Source of the DNA: Malacoraja senta
Taxonomy: Eukaryota
Length of the DNA stretch: 63,889 bases
Reading direction: 5' to 3'
Assembly: GCA_038087875.1 (NCBI GenBank)
Contig: CM075989.1
Span: forward strand, 21,888,001 to 21,951,889
Within the stretch, counting starts at the first letter, position 1. Each line of letters starts with the position of its first letter. Below, piece by piece: positions 12,710 to 25,695 of the stretch. Under the pieces are notes generated by a model. The model saw only the letters and a list, made by a program, of their open reading frames with translations, was not told where the DNA came from and did not search any database. A program made the position numbers and the translations under genes.

Positions 12710-13305
12710 CATTTATTTCAAGAGGGCTTGTCTACAAAACAGGGATGCAATGTTGAGGCTCTACAAAGTGCTGGTTAGGCTTCATTTGGAATATTGTGAG
12801 CAATTTTGGGCACCATATCTGAGGAAGGATGTGCTGGCTCTGGAGAGGGTCCAGAGGAGATTTACAAGAATGATCCCAGGAATGAGTGGGTTAGCATATG
12901 ATGAGCGTTTGTCGGCACTGGGCCTGTACTCGCTGGAGTTTAGAAGAATGAGGGGGGGACCTCATTGAAACATACAGAACAATGAAAGGCTTGGATAGTG
13001 GATGTGGAGAGGATGTTTCCACTAGTGGGAACTAGACTAGGACTAGAGGGCATAGTCTCAGAATTAAAGGACGTTCTTTTAGGAAGCAGATGAGGAGAAA
13101 TTTATTTCGTCAGTAGGCTGTGGAGGCCAAGTCAGTGGATACCTTAAGGCAGAGATTCTTGATTAGGACAGGTGTCAGGGGTAATGAGGAGAAGGCAGGA
13201 GAATGGGGTTAGGAGGGAGAGATAGATCAGCCATGATTGAATGGCGGAGTAGACTTGATGGGCCGAATGGCCTAATTCTACTCCTATTCCTTATGACCTT
13301 ATGAC
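12710..13305 (+). mobile_element. CR1 LINE 3' fragment
   Basis: LYKVLVRLHLEYCEQFWAPYLRKD..LERVQRRFTRMIPG; (CTTATGA)n-like tail. Confidence 0.9.
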
Positions 13306-14229
13306 CTACGTATAAATGGCACCACTGTGCCATCTAAAAGTCCAGGATAAATCTCTGTAGGCTCTGAATCATGTCTCTATAATATATTCCTTCTCCACAA
13401 GCCTCATCTGCTGCATTGTAGCCTTATTGAGTAATATCCTTCCTTTTGTTTTTTTTCTCTCGCTAGCTGACTGAACTATATTTCCATAAAAACAGCGATC
13501 AATATACAAAAATGTCAAAATTCATTGACTGGCCTGATGCAGTGGTAGTGATTTTGACGTACACACAACAAATAATGAACTAAACCTCACTCAATAGTTT
13601 GCTATTAAATCTTCTTTTCAGACATTTGTGATCGTCTCCTTCAGATAGGCTCGTGATGAAAGATGATGAATAGAATATTTCACAATTGGTGGGGTGTTAC
13701 CGGGATTGTTTTCACGCCAGTGTCACAGATGCACACCACCTCAGGTTAAATAAAGATTACGGAGCAGATTCACGCCAGTCCAAAGAGAAATAATCACCAT
13801 CGTTGGGAGAGATAGTTTGGAGATGAGGTTGGCGGTGTTGTAGGTCGCGGTCGTTCCGGACCCAAGGCCTCTATTCAGTCACTTTACCAGTGAATGGTGA
13901 CTGTGGTGCAGCGGTAGAGTTGCTGCCTTACAGTGCCAGAGACCCGGATTCGATTCTGACTGCGGGAGTTTGGACGTTCTCCCCATGAGATGATTTCTCT
14001 GGTTGCTCCGGTTTTCTCCCACACTCCAAAGACGTGCAAGTTGGTAGGTTAATTGGCTTTGGGAAATTGTCAATAAACGTTATTCCCTTATCGTGTATCG
14101 ATACACTGTAAATGGCTTGATTGTAATCAAGTATTGTCTTTCTGCTGGCTGGATAGCACACAACAAAAGTACCTTGGTACACGTGACAATAAACTAAATA
14201 AACTAATTAGAAAACGATTAGGTGATGTT

Positions 14230-14525
14230 TTGGGTCGAGACCTTTCTTCAGACTGAGAAGGAAATATGGAGGTATGGAAGGATAAGGTGTGAAAACGACA
14301 GATTAAAGGGGATGAGGGGCAATGTAGAATGGGTCATTGTTAGCTGAGGGGAAGGTGACAACGAGGCACGCAATCTGTCAAATTTAATCAGGAGGACAGT
14401 GAAACTAGTCGGAAAACTAGGATGGGAGTGGGATGGAGAAAGAGGGAAAGCAAGGGTTACAAAGCTAACAAGAAGTCCAAGCAAAATATGAGATGCTGCT
14501 CCTCCAATTTGCATTGGGCCTCACT
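14230..14525 (-). mobile_element. Penelope 3' fragment with pLTR
   Basis: Minus strand reads LEEAASHI (EEQHLI-like), then 3' UTR and CTGAAGAAAGGTCTCGACCC. Confidence 0.6.
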
Positions 14526-14654
14526 CTGACGCACTGATGTTCTGTTTGCTCTCGTTTAATCTGCTCGAGTAATTTTTCACCAAAATCACATCAAATTCTG
14601 AAAAATTATTTTCATATGCACATTTGCACAAATCTTGCAAATCGGCCGGAACAC

Positions 14655-14938
14655 AGTCTTCGATCCTGACCGCGGGTTCTGTCTGTACGAAGTTTGTACG
14701 TTTGGTTTGTGACCTGCATGGGTTTTCTCCCATGTACTCCGGTTTCCTCCCACACTCCAAAAACGTACAGGTTTTGTCTTTGGTAAAAAATGTAAATTGT
14801 TCCCTAGTGTGTAGGATAGCGTTAGTGTACGGAGTGGACTCGGTGGGCCGAAGGGCCTGTTTTCGCACTGTATCTCTAAACTAAACAAAACTAAACAAAA
14901 TTAAACTAAACTAAACTAAACTAAACTAAACTAAACTA
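14655..14938 (+). mobile_element. HE1/V-SINE-type SINE, 5'-truncated
   Basis: V-domain and long (TAAAC)n tail. Confidence 0.85.
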
Positions 14939-15337
14939 ACAGCCTGCCCCTTGAAGTTGGCTCCGAGCAAAACCGAACCTGAATCAAAGTGTAATAATAG
15001 TCAGAGAGAGAAACAAGGAACTGCAGGTGCTGGTTCACAAAAAAAGACACAAAGTGGTGGAGTAACTCCGGGAGTTACATGGATAGGTGATGTTTCAGGT
15101 CAGAAGACGTCCGAGTCTGAAGAAGGGTCCCATCTCCAGAGATGCTGCCTGACCCGTTAAGTTACTCCAGCACTTTGCGTCATTTAAAAAAATAATCATC
15201 AATAAAGTCGTCTTTTCATTCAGAAGAGAGGGATACAAGGAACTGCATATGCTGGAATCTCGAGTAAAATACTAAGTGCTGAAGTAACTCAGCAGATTAG
15301 AACTGAATCTGAAGAAGGGTCTCAACACAATACGTTA

Positions 15338-15575
15338 AGTACCTGTCCCACTTTCATGACCTAATTCACGACCTCTGCCAAGTTTGCCCTGGACTCATAC
15401 TCGCAGCATGGTCATCACGAGGTCGTAGGAGGTCGTAGATAGGTCGTAGCAGGCCGTGATGCTAGTCGTAGGTACTCGTGGCATCAAGTAGGTCGGGGCG
15501 TTTTTTCTAGCCCGATGAAAAATGTCCACGAGTAAAAAAGGTCGCGAATTAGGTGGTGAAAGTGGGACAGGCCCT
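15338..15575. mobile_element. PIF/Harbinger-type MITE
   Basis: TIR AGTACCTGTCCCACTTTCA / TGAAAGTGGGACAGGCCCT; TTA TSD at 15335-15337 and 15576-15578. Confidence 0.85.
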
Positions 15576-16205
15576 TTACCTATCCTTGTTCTCCAGAGGT
15601 GCTGCCTGACACGCTGAGTTACTCCAGCACTTTGTGCCTTTTTAGAATAGTGATAAATAAAGTAGTATTTTCATGAAGAGGGACATAAGGAACAGCAGGT
15701 GCTGGAATCTTGTAAAACACTAAGTGCTGGAGTAACTCAGTGGATCAGGACTGAGTCTGACGAAGGGTCTCAACCCTGGAGTAACTCAGTGGTTCAGGCA
15801 GCATCCGTGGAGGAATTAGATAGATGACGACCCTTGGTGTCGGGGCCCTCTTTCAGACGCCGTCATTTCTGTAAACTTTTTGCTGGGAGCTTTGATCTTT
15901 TCATTGTTATTTTTAGTAATGGCAACTTGTTAGTCAAATTAACATTAGTAATCATGGTTTACAGCTGCTGATGCTTTGAGGTCAGTCACATCTGTGCATT
16001 TTAGTCGTATGTATTCCTGAAACATGATTAGTGTAATTACTTTCTTTAGCTACTATTTGAACCACAGACAAGGCTAAGGTTAAACCCTGTGCTGTTAACT
16101 AGAGCGAGACTTTGCCAAATCTTGAAGTAATCACGGAATTGGATTACAGAACATGGGCGAATTGACCTCCATATGTCTGAACTAAAAACTTTCAACAGGG
16201 AGTTA

Positions 16206-16500
16206 GGGCGGCGTGGTGGCGCAGCGGTAGGGTTACTGCCTCACAGCGCCAGAGACCCGGGTTCGATCCTGGCTACGGGTGCTGTCTGTACGGAGTTTGT
16301 ACGTTCTCACCTGCGTGGGTTTTCTCCAAGATCTTCGGTTTCCTCCCACACTCCAAAGGCCTACAGGTTTGTAGGTTTACTTGGGTTAGTATCAATGTAA
16401 AAAAAAAGTGCGTGTAGGATAGTATGTGGGGTGATCGCTGGTTGGCGGGGACTCGGTGGGCCCAAGGGTCTGTTTCCGCGCTGTTTCTCTAAACTACGCC
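16206..16500 (+). mobile_element. HE1/V-SINE-type SINE
   Basis: A box TGGCGCAGCGG, B box GGTTCGATCC at 16260-16269, V-domain, tail. Confidence 0.9.
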
Positions 16501-16534
16501 AAACTGTGTGTAGATTTCCTGATAACCACCAGCA

Positions 16535-16940
16535 AGTGAGCACATTGGAGGAACAGCACCTCATATTGTGCTTGGGCAGCTTACACCCCAGCGGTATGAA
16601 GGTTGATTTCTCTAACTCCAAGTAACGCTTAATCCCCTTTCTTTCCCCACCGAGTCATTGTACTCATTTCACTGTCGTCCTGCTGAGTTTCATTGTTTGT
16701 AACTCATTTTCACCTAGCCCACAGCTATCAACGGCCTGTTTCCTTTATCATCGTGAATTTTCTGCCTATCTTTCATTCATTTGTTCCATATCTCTCTACA
16801 TCACCGTCTATATCTCTCGTTCCCTTTTCCCCAGACTCTCAGTCTGAAGAAGGGTATCGACCCAAAACGTCACCTATTCCTTTTCTCCAGAGATGATGTC
16901 TGACCTGCGGAGTTACTCCAGCAGTTTGTGTCCATCTAGC
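16535..16940 (+). mobile_element. Penelope 3' end: GIY-YIG C-terminus, 3' UTR and pLTR
   Basis: LEEQHLILCLGSLHPSGMKVDFSNSK* matches the end of ORF 58813-59556; followed by CTGAAGAAGGGTATCGACCC. Confidence 0.85.
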
Positions 16941-17496
16941 AAGTAATGTTATCCTGACTTCTATTCAAAACCACCCGTGCACAGAGAGCAATGATAGTTT
17001 TTTTATTATAAAGTGCATCACAATGTACAACTTGTCTAATAGAGAACATCACTGCCCTTGGGTATATCAACTGAGGAATCTAGTTAGCCACATTTGAGAG
17101 TTTAATTGATATCCTCGGATTCCATTAAATTACCTTTGGTATAAGAAATCTCCTTAATGTTCCACTGTTTGTTGTCTCGCTCAAAAACACGAGTAGTCAG
17201 AAGAAAACAAAATTATTTACAAGCTCTCTGGAAATAAAAGCATTTTATTTTCCCACGCATAAGAGTTCTGACGTTTTAAATTGCCTTTCTAAATTTGATG
17301 AATAAAGTTTTTAATTTGATATTTAATTTAAGCTTAGTGAAGAATGTTATTGAAAATAATTTGTTTTTTTGGAGGTGTTTTGTAGAAGTGTATAAAAGGT
17401 GTACAGATACTTGATAAGGGAATAACGTGAAAAACATTTTGTGTAAGAAAAAGTCCGATCAAAGATAGCCCGAGAGTCTCCAATGAGGTAGATAGT

Positions 17497-17806
17497 AGAC
17501 AATAGACAATAGACAATAGACAATAGGTGCAGGAGTTTGGCCCTTCGAGCCAGCACCACCATTCAATGTGAACATGGCTGATCATCCCCAATCAGTACCC
17601 CGTTCCTGCCTTCTCCCCATATCCCCTGACTCCGCTATTTTTAAGAGCCATACCTAGCTCTCTCTTGAAAGTATCCAGAGAACCGGCCTCCACCACCCTC
17701 TGAGGCAGAGAATTCCACAGACTCACCACTCTCTGTGAGAAAAAGTGTTTCCTCGTCTCCGTTCTAAATGGCTTACGCCTTATTCTTAAACTGTGGCCCC
17801 TGGTTC
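17497..17806 (-). mobile_element. CR1 LINE 3' fragment
   Basis: RTRGHSLRI..FFSQRVVSLWNSLPQ; (CTATTGT)n tail. Confidence 0.9.
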
Positions 17807-18636
17807 TGTGCAGTAGTTCAGGACTGCTCTGTTGTTGTTGGTTGGATGGTTCAGTTGCCTGATTGTGGTGGATGGGGGGAACACTGGAAAAGAGGAGGGG
17901 GCAAGACATGGTTTCTCTTTACAAAAGAGAATAACCTCCTTACTTTCAGTTGAAAATCATGTACTTTGACATATATAAAAAAAAACTTCACTCACAAACA
18001 CCTAAACAAAACCTCGACTTCTCCTCAAGTTTAATCTTCAAGGAGTTTAAAAAAAAAGTGGAACAGCTGGTCTGCATGGACTTCAGTAATGAAGCAAATG
18101 AAGTCAGTCAGTACACAAACATATCAACGAGCACAACTCCTATTATCTTAAGGTATTTATACAGCGCAGCCTTTTTAATCTCCATTAGTGTTGTGTCCCA
18201 GTTCTGGAAATTATGCTGAAGGAACACTAACACTGGCAAGAAGAATCTGACGAAATAAAGCCCTTGCAATGAAATACTTCAGGACAGATTTCCTGTTATC
18301 TATGTTCGCATATCACAAAGGGTAAATTATGAATAGCAGAGGAAGTGTGAGACAGTTAATCTCTCATCATGTGGAATCGTGCCAGCCTAATGTCCCATGT
18401 ATGTAAGTAAGTTGAACTGTCATTGAATAATAGGAGCAGCTCCCTCTGTGGAAAGACACATTTTAGTTTAACAAGGCAATATCGCTGACTTTCCCACCAT
18501 TGTTCCAGTGGTTTAAACCAACACCTGTAGTTCCTTCCCACACATTTTACCACACTGTTTAGTTTAGTTTAGTTTAGATAGACAAATGCTGGAGTAACTC
18601 AGTGGGACAGGCAGCGTCTCTGGCGAGGAGGAATAG

Positions 18637-19090
18637 TCATAAAGTCATAAGTAATAGGAGAAGAATTAGGCCATTCGGCCCATCAAGTCTACTCCGTCAT
18701 TCAATCATGGCTGATCCATCTCTCCCTCCTAACCCCATTCTCCTGCCTTCTTCCCATAACCTCTGTCACCCGTATTGATCAAGAATCTATCTATCTCTGC
18801 CTTAAAAATATCTACTGACTTGACCTTCTGTGACAATGAATTCCACAGATTCTCCACCCTCTGACTAAAGAAATTTCTTCTCATCTCCTTCCTAAACGTC
18901 CTTTAAGTCTGAGGCTGTGACCTCTAGTTCTAGACTCGCCCACTAATGGAAACATCCTCTCCACACCCACTCTATCTAAACCTTTCACTATTCGGTAAAG
19001 TTTCAATGAGGTCCCCCCTCATTCTTCTAAACTCCAGCGAGTACAGGCCCAGTGCAGGCACATGTTCGTCATTGGTTAACCGACTCATTC
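18637..19090 (-). mobile_element. CR1 LINE 3' fragment
   Basis: Same CR1 coding end and 3' UTR as other copies. Confidence 0.85.
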
Positions 19091-19674
19091 CTGGCCTCGA
19101 CCCTAAAGCACCCATGGACACCAATCCCATTTATCATCAGTGAGCCAAGGTCAGAGCCGCGAGGTCAGGGTCGGGTCGGGGTCGGGCCAAGGTGGACAGG
19201 ACGAGTCGCCGAGGACAAAGTGGGCCCCAGCGTAGGGGACCGCCTAGAACAAAGAGCGGAACTATCTATGATGGTCACTGGTAAATAAATGGGGTTGATA
19301 TAGATGAGTGCTTTAGGATCAAGGTAGGTTTGCCTATGATGAGCATTTGACGGCACTGGGCCTGTACTTGCTGGAGTTTAGTGGGAGAGTCTAGGACTAG
19401 AGGTCATAGCCTCAGAATTAAAGGCGGGGTCTCAGTGAGCTGCCGGGCTTGTTTTCACACTCTATCTCTAAATGGGGGGGGGGGTTGGGGGGGAGAAATG
19501 ATTCCTGAGTTTGTTGCTGCCCACTTTCAAGCTTCTGTACCTTTTGCTGAACGAGACCAGGGAGAAGAGGAATGACCGGGGTGGGACAAGTCTTTGATGT
19601 TGTGGGTTTAAAAACGAACTGCAGATGCTGGAAAATCGAAGGTAGACAAAAGTGCTGGAGAAACTCAGCGGGTT

Positions 19675-20022
19675 CCCTCCCATTCCGAATCCGACCTTTC
19701 TGTCCAGGGCCTCCTCCATGGCCAGAGTGAGCACCACCGAAATTGGAGGAGCAGCACCTCATATTCCGCTTGGGCAGTCTGCACACTAGCGGCATGAACA
19801 TTGACTTCTCCAATTTCAGGTAGCCCTTGCTGTCTCCTCCCCTTCTGAGCTCTACCTCAGCCCTCAACCCTCTGGCTCCTCCTCTTCCTTTCTCCTTTCT
19901 TCTCCCTGCCCCCCACCCTACATCAGTCTGAAGAAGGGTTTCGGCCCGAAACGTTGCCTATTTCCTTCGCTCCATAGATGCTGCTGCACCCGCTGAGTTT
20001 CTCCAGCACTTTTGTCTACCTT
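19675..20022 (+). mobile_element. Penelope 3' end with pLTR hammerhead (UUCG-loop variant)
   Basis: EEQHLIFRLGSLHTSGMNIDFSNFR*, then CTGAAGA-AGGGT TTCG GCCC-GAAAC GTT at 19928-19955. Confidence 0.85.
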
Positions 20023-20029
20023 TGATGTT

Positions 20030-20335
20030 TGTGGATTGTTTTTTCCAAGGCAGCGTGAAGCGTAGATGGAGTCTAAGGTGGGGAGTCTGTCTGCGTGTAG
20101 GACTGGGCTATGTCCAGAAGTCTCTGCGATTTCTTGTGGCTGGCTTTGGGCAGAGAGCAGTTCCAAAGCAAGCTGTGACGCACATTCCAACAGCATGTTT
20201 TCCTGTGGTGCATCTGTGGAAGTTTGGCAAGAGTCACTGTGGACCTGCCGTATTTCCTCATTCCGTTTCTGTCCACTCCTCAGGCAAAAGGTCATCCCAC
20301 TTTGCTGCAAGCCAGTAGCAATGCCACAGGCAGCA
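20030..20335 (-). mobile_element. Rex1/Babar ORF C-terminal fragment
   Basis: LPTLDSIYASRCLGK-type C-terminal peptide on the minus strand. Confidence 0.65.
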
Positions 20336-21145
20336 AAGACTTGGCCTCAAACTCCATCACCCTCTCTGCCCCGTGCACCTTTGACTAATCCAAGGGTAAT
20401 CAGATGAAATAGAGTCTCAGGTGTTACACTGATGTACTTGGCTTTGTATCCGCTTGACTAATAACGTGTTTAAAATGCATGAACATTGATCTGAGGCGTT
20501 TGGCGGCATTGCAGCAATACACTTTAAGCTAGAAACAGACTGTGAACCTGGTCTCACAAAGGACTCTTTATAGACAAACAGGAGGGCTTAATAGTGTCGA
20601 GGGTTAACAGACGTCAGGGTGAAAATTACAGCAGTGCCTGTTCTGGAGAAAATAACAGTGGTTATGATACTTTGGTTGGAATCTGTCATTTCCACTGTGA
20701 TGGTAACAAAATACTCAACAGAGTCTATGACAGATTAATCTGCTTGAGGCGAACTGAGATGCATTGGCAGCAGAAAGGGGAAGTATTTCAACATCGCTGG
20801 TTTATGGAACTGGGAGAATCTTCAAATGTCAAGTGGATAAAGAAGTAAAGATGTTTCAGTTGGGTCATAATGTTCTCACCATATGCTGTTATTAACTTAA
20901 AAGTGATGAAAGCAGAGGATAATACTCCTTCTTTAAATCACCAGGTGGGGCGAGAGGGATGGGGTTGTGTGGAGGTGGGGTCAAGAGCTGAGGAAAGGCT
21001 TTTAACAGTACACTTGGTATTTACTTCCCTGAACTGTTCAGGAGAAGGGTAACCCTTTGAGATTATAACCTATTAACTGTGTAGGAAAGAACTACAGATT
21101 CAACTGCTGGTTCAAATCGAAGGTAGACACAAAATGCTGGAGTAA

Positions 21146-21840
21146 GGGGTGGGGGAGAAAGGGGTGGGGAAGTGGGGGGAAGGGGGGTAGGGGGGTGGGA
21201 GGGGGTGGGGGGAGGGGGAGAGGGGAGGGGGAGGGCGGGTAGTGGGGGAGGGGAGCGGGGGAAAGAGGGGGGGAAAGAGGTAGGAAAGAGGGGGGGGAGA
21301 AGAAGGGGGGGAAAGAGGGGGTGAAAGAGGGGGGGGAAAGAGGGGGGAAAGAGGGGGGGGAAGAGGGGGGGAAAGAGGGGGTGGAAAGAGGGGGGGGGAA
21401 AGAGGGGGGTGGAAGAGGGGGGGGAAAGAGGGGGGGAAAGAGGGGGGGGGAAGAGGGGGGGGAAAGAGGGGGTGGAAAGAGGGGGGGGAAAGAGGGGGGG
21501 GAAGAGGGGGGGGAAAGAGGGGGTGAAAGAGGGGGGGGGAAGAGGGGGGGAAGGGGGGGAAAGAGGGGGGGGAAGAGGGGGGGGGAAGAGGGGGTGGAAA
21601 GAGGGGGGGGAAAGAGGGGTGGAAAGAGGGGGGGGAAAGAGGGGGTGGAAGAGAGGGGGGGGAAAGAGGGGGTGGAAAGAGGGGGGGGAAGAGGGGGGGG
21701 GAAAGAGGGGGTGGAAAGAGGGGGGGGAAAGAGGGGGTGGAAAGAGGGGGGAAAGAGGGGGGGAAAGAGGGGGGGGAAGAGGGGGGGGGAAAGAGAGGGG
21801 GGAAAGAGGGGGGGGGAAAGAGGGGGGGGAAGAGGGGAGA
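21146..21840. repeat. G-rich polypurine minisatellite, (G-run + AAAGA)n
   Basis: About 700 bp of G-runs separated mostly by AAAGA, nearly pyrimidine-free on the plus strand. Confidence 0.95.
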
Positions 21841-22264
21841 CACTTTTAAGAAGCCAGAGATACACAGCTGTGAAGTTTAGCGGGCATTTAACATTACCGG
21901 TCGGTTATCCTTGCTTCTGAAAACTCCTGCTTACGTTTTTTTTTCACCAATGAGCCAATGAAAATGACCGGTCAGCAAAGGCGATGAACTAAAACTACCT
22001 ACGACTACCTCGACTACCCATAACTACAGGGCGACCCCACTACCACTGCACCTACGACTACAGGATTATTGGTTTTCTCCATGGCGACCAATGTTGAAAA
22101 ATTTGCGGCAACCATACTGAGGCTGCGACTAGTTCCCAGAAAGCGGGAACTCCTCGCGACCATGAAGGAGACTCACCAGAGACCACCAGCGAACATGTGG
22201 CGACCATGTGGCGAGCGCAGAGTCACCTGCACTCGCCTGAGAAGTCGCCTGTGGGACAGGCCCA
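21841..22264. mobile_element. Harbinger-type MITE, right half
   Basis: Ends GTGGGACAGGCCCA followed by TAA; CGAC/CTAC repeats as in 2501-3009; no left TIR found. Confidence 0.65.
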
Positions 22265-22484
22265 TAACCCTATCTCATCCAGAGACTTGAGAAGAATGGG
22301 CTGGATTGTACTGATCTTATTCTACGCACACCCCCATTAGTTTTGGGTGAATTATCGTCACATGTACCGAGGTACAGTGATAAGCTTTGTTTTGCATGCA
22401 ATTCATTCAGGTGAGATAATACTGTACTTAAATACAATCAAGTCAAACTCAAGTTCAATAGGCAGAGCGGAGAGGAAGATACAC

Positions 22485-22752
22485 AACTCCCACCTGCCTG
22501 CGTTTGGTCCATATACCTCCAAACCTGTCGTATCCATCCATGTACCTGTCTAACTGTTTCTTAAATGTTGGGATAGTCGCAGCCTCAACTACCTCCTCTG
22601 GCAGCTTGTTCCATAAACACACCATTGTTTGTGCGAAAAAGTTACCCCTCGGATTCCTATTAAATATTTCCCCCTTCACCTTAAACCTTTGTCCTCTGGT
22701 CCTTGATGTACCTGCTGTGGGCAAGAGACTCTGTGCATCCACCCAATCTATA
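22485..22752 (-). mobile_element. CR1/HER1-type LINE 3' fragment
   Basis: SRTRGQRFKVKG..NFFAQTMVCLWNKLPEEVVEA. Confidence 0.85.
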
Positions 22753-23947
22753 CACTCACTAAACTAAACTAAACTTTAATCTTTTTCACTAAACTAAATT
22801 CTAACCTAAGAATAGGTGGAGACCATCGAGGGCCATTGCAGAACAACAGAAAGAAAGGTAGGAAGATATGTTTTAGTTAATTTTTTTCCCTTTCGGTTTA
22901 TTTTTTCACACTATAATCCTATAAATAACACTCAATGCTTTATAGCCACAACAGAAAACCAAGGAAGTTTAAGAATGGATTCACACTTCATTGATTGTAG
23001 ATTATACCTCACTGGAAGCGGCACCTTTTAAAAGAAAAAAAACATTTAAATTTTTCCGAACAAGTAGTAGTAACCCATAGGAAATTGAAGACAGACACGA
23101 AAGTGTGTGTTGGATGAGTCACACATGGGTTCTTTTAATCTCAGTGAAGGCAAATGATTCAAGTTTGTAACATGGGAAGAATGTGTGTATTTCAAAGGGC
23201 CTGTTTCTCTATTGTTAATGTCCCAAGCACTGAGCCCAGCTTTTAACATCATAATGAAGGATGCTCCTGATGGATTATCTGGAGATAGGATTAATTCCTT
23301 CACAGCTACTCTGGAGGCGAGACTTTTCAGTCCTGGGTACACAAGAAATCGCACTGCTCACACTTTATCTCATTTTCAAACTCTGCTGTGAATCAAATGC
23401 CTCCCCCACCCCCCCCCCCCCCCTGTATCCCCGTTTAGTTTTGAAGTGAAATACCATCTTGACTATAAGCTGTGGGGACGAGTGAAGATCGAAATGAGTC
23501 CATGTGGAGGATTTACATTCAGACCTCAATGGAGCCCGACTCTTAAAAATGTTGATGAGAGAAAAAAAGATTACATTTTTAATGGAAACATGAATTGTTT
23601 GCAGTGTAGGAGGAAAGAGGAGAGGGGAGGGTTATTGGGACCTTCTCAAAATGTGTAAATTGTCTTTCAGTTAGGGGTAACCCGAGTTAACGGACTGTTG
23701 CTGCTGCAAGACTTATCATTTCCTGCAGCGACGTTTTACATGAGCTTGTTGGATCAATATGCTCTTATATATCTTTATCAAGATTCCAGACATTTGTATT
23801 AATGGACTATTTATTGGCAAGTTTGATATCTCAATAACTATGAAGACTGTTTATTTTTTCCATGTTGGGACATTGTTCCAATTAGCAAAACTATACTTTT
23901 TTGCAGATTGTGTTGTCTGGTTATATTTTGTCTCAATTCAATTGTAT

Positions 23948-24170
23948 TAGAGCAAACCTGAACTACTGTCTACCTCATTGGAGACCCTCGGACTATCTTT
24001 GATCGGACTTTACTGGCTTTATCTTGCAATAAACATTATTCCCTTGATCATGTATCTGTGCACTGTGGACGGCTCGATTGTAATCACGTATTGTCTTTCC
24101 GCTGGCTGGTTAGCACGCTAACAAAAGCTTTTCACTGTACCTCGGTACACGTGACAATAAACTGAAGCCG
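23948..24170 (+). mobile_element. Rex1/Babar-type 3' UTR fragment
   Basis: Tail GCTTTTCACTGTACCTCGGTACACGTGACAATAAA; related copies near 6610-6860, 8545-8795, 12370-12610, 14075-14205 and 26860-27215. Confidence 0.65.
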
Positions 24171-24711
24171 AACTAAAGTTAACTTGATTACAAGCCTCTG
24201 CAGTTTCCAAGATTTCCAAAATGAGAAATTACTTATCCTTCCCTCAATGTTTTGTTATTTTTCTCGCTTTGACATTGCACTTTCAAATACAATCAAGAGC
24301 AGCAATTAGACTGTAAATTTATTTTAATATTTAAAACAACTCTTAGAGCTGCAAGTGGTTCAATGTTGTCAAGGCTGTGCAGTGAATTATCAGAGTCAAA
24401 CAGACAAGCGGCAATTTAACACTGGGAAGAGATCTGGCCGTCGGAAGCTTAATAAATGGGAAGATTTAGAAGGATCACTGGCAAGATGTGAAGAGTATAC
24501 AGATTTTTCTTTCCCACCAGACAGAAGGGGTACAGTGGTCATCGGGATGTAAATCAAAGTGTGGGAGGACTGGTGAAGGGTTCAGAAGTGCAGAAAGCTT
24601 GGGAGATGGATGGCTCGTGGCTGTTGCTACAACAGGCAGGGGAGTATATTGCAACTCAGAGCAAGTACAGAAATGAAACAGTGAATGAGCAGATCTATTT
24701 TCACCAGATCA

Positions 24712-25012
24712 TTTAGTTTAGTTTATAGATACAGCGCGGAAGCAGGTCCTTCGGCCCACTGAGTCCGCGCCGACCAGCGATCCCACACTATCCCACACAC
24801 ACGCGAGGCAATTTTACATTGATACCAAGCCAATTAACCTACAATTTGTACCACTTTGGCGTGTGGGAGGAAACCGAAGATCTCGGAGAAAACCCACGCA
24901 GGTCACGGGGAGAACGTACAAACTCCGTATAGACAGCACCCGTAGTCGGGATCGAACCCGGGTCTCTGGCGTTGTAAGGCAGCAACTCTACTGCTGCGCG
25001 CCACTGTGCCAC
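24712..25012 (-). mobile_element. HE1/V-SINE-type SINE
   Basis: Full reverse copy with B box and tail. Confidence 0.9.
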
Positions 25013-25074
25013 CATGGAAAGTGCTATCCAGCCTGGAGTAAATGTGGCATTATATAGACACAAAATGCTGAAGT

Positions 25075-25695
25075 GAATGCATGTTGGCCTTCATTGTGAG
25101 AGAATTTGAGCTTAGGAGCAAGGAGGTCCTAATGCAGTTGTACAGGGCCCTGGTGAGACTGCATCTGGAGAACTGTGTGCAATTTTGGTCTCCTCATTTG
25201 ACGAAGGACATTATTGCTATTGAGGGAGTGCAGCGTAGATTCACATGGTTAATTACCGGGATGGCGGGACTGACATATGATGAAAGAATGGGTCGACTGA
25301 GCTTGTATTCACTGGAATTTAGAAGGATGAGAGGGGATCCTATAGAAACATTTAAAATTCTTAAAGAATTGGGCAGGCTAGATACAGGAAAAATGTTCCC
25401 GATGTTGGGGGAGTCCAGAACCAGGAGTCACAGTTCAAGAATAAGGGGTAGGCCATTTAGGACTGAGATGAGGAAAATGTGAATCTGTGCAATTCTCTGC
25501 CACAGAAGGCAGTGGAGGCTAATTCACTGGATGTTTTCAAGAGAGAGTTAGGGCTAACGGAAACAAGCGATATGGGGAGAAAGCACGAACGGGGTCCTGA
25601 TTTTGGATGATCAGCCATGATCATATTGAATGGCGGTGCTGGCTCGACAGGCCGATGGCCTAGTCCTGCACCTGTTTTCTATGTTTCTATGATTC
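25075..25695 (+). mobile_element. CR1 LINE 3' fragment
   Basis: ORF 25081-25482 reads LYRALVRLHLENCVQFWSP..VQRRFT..YSLEFRRMRGD. Confidence 0.9.

Noticed and set aside
21092..21920. Long Pro-rich and Gly/Glu/Arg-rich ORFs
   Set aside because: Translation of the G-rich minisatellite; open in several frames on both strands.
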